In this document: piece after piece, positions 23,857 to 24,000 of the stretch
How positions within the stretch are numbered: position 1 is the stretch's first letter
Layout: each line of letters starts with the position of its first letter
Source of the DNA: an uncultured bacterium
GTDB taxonomy: Bacteria > Bacillota > Clostridia > Oscillospirales > Oscillospiraceae
Direction: 5' to 3'
Assembly: GCA_948469375.1 (NCBI GenBank)
Contig: CAOKLO010000011.1
Coordinates: 37,283 to 61,282 of the forward strand
DNA length: 24,000 nt
Position numbers and translations under genes: made by a program
The notes under the pieces: model-generated
Seen by the model: only the letters and a program-made list of their open reading frames with translations
What the model was told of the DNA's origin: nothing
The model's database searches: none

Positions 23857-24000
23857 TTTTCTGTGTTAGGTGAAAGGCGCGTTTCCCCATAACCTTTCGA
23901 GCACCTATAAAACTGAATACACGGTATTGCGGGTACAGAAACCATGCAGCAGCGGGACAGGGCGCGCCGCCAGGACAGCAGCTTGTGAAAGGGGGACCAG

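Larger units (their letters stand above)
1..24000. mobile_element. Internal segment of an integrative conjugative element (Tn1549/CTn5-like gene content); neither end lies in the window
   Basis: MobC, a MOB relaxase, a giant SNF2 helicase, a sortase-anchored adhesin, multiple XRE regulators and an ICE-type sigma factor occur together. Base composition is mosaic. No integrase or att site is visible. Confidence 0.7.

Noticed and set aside
1-24000. A scan for tRNA, rRNA, CRISPR arrays, IS elements, integrase or att sites.
   Set aside because: I recognised none. The ICE ends and its recombinase must lie outside this window.

Overview
This window looks like a mosaic segment of a Firmicutes/Clostridia integrative conjugative element (ICE). 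By gene content the backbone resembles the Tn1549/CTn5 family. That assignment rests on recollection of the family, not on a search.

High-GC backbone (about 60% GC in the lines I counted), left to right:
- the C-terminal part of a giant SNF2-type helicase
- a duplicated DUF3849-like protein
- MobC
- a 1001-aa thioester-domain (TQxAIW) surface adhesin with a VPQTG sorting signal
- its class B sortase
- a small membrane protein
- a cluster of XRE-family regulators
- a MOB relaxase (HxDxxxHxH)

Three cargo blocks follow the relaxase.
1. About 11.5-15.7 kb: an XRE regulator transcribed divergently from a three-gene unit. The unit is an unknown 203-aa protein, a SLOG/DUF1273 (YpsA-like) protein and a 795-aa fusion. 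The fusion joins a complete ExoIII/APE-type endonuclease to a group-II-intron-like reverse transcriptase. This is the bacterial counterpart of the LINE (APE+RT) architecture. I consider it the most novel object in the window.
2. About 15.7-21.3 kb: an abruptly AT-rich island (about 30-38% GC in the lines I counted) encoding a radical-SAM/SPASM RiPP cluster. It has a PqqD-like RRE, the maturase, an unannotated 37-aa two-cysteine precursor and two ABC exporter genes.
3. About 21.3-22.7 kb: a Y-family polymerase remnant truncated at both ends, plus a YolD-like gene.

The window ends with a structured AT-rich spacer and an ICE-type sigma-70 region-4 factor.

I saw no tRNA, rRNA, CRISPR array, transposase or integrase. 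All family assignments come from motifs read in the translations. No database search was run.
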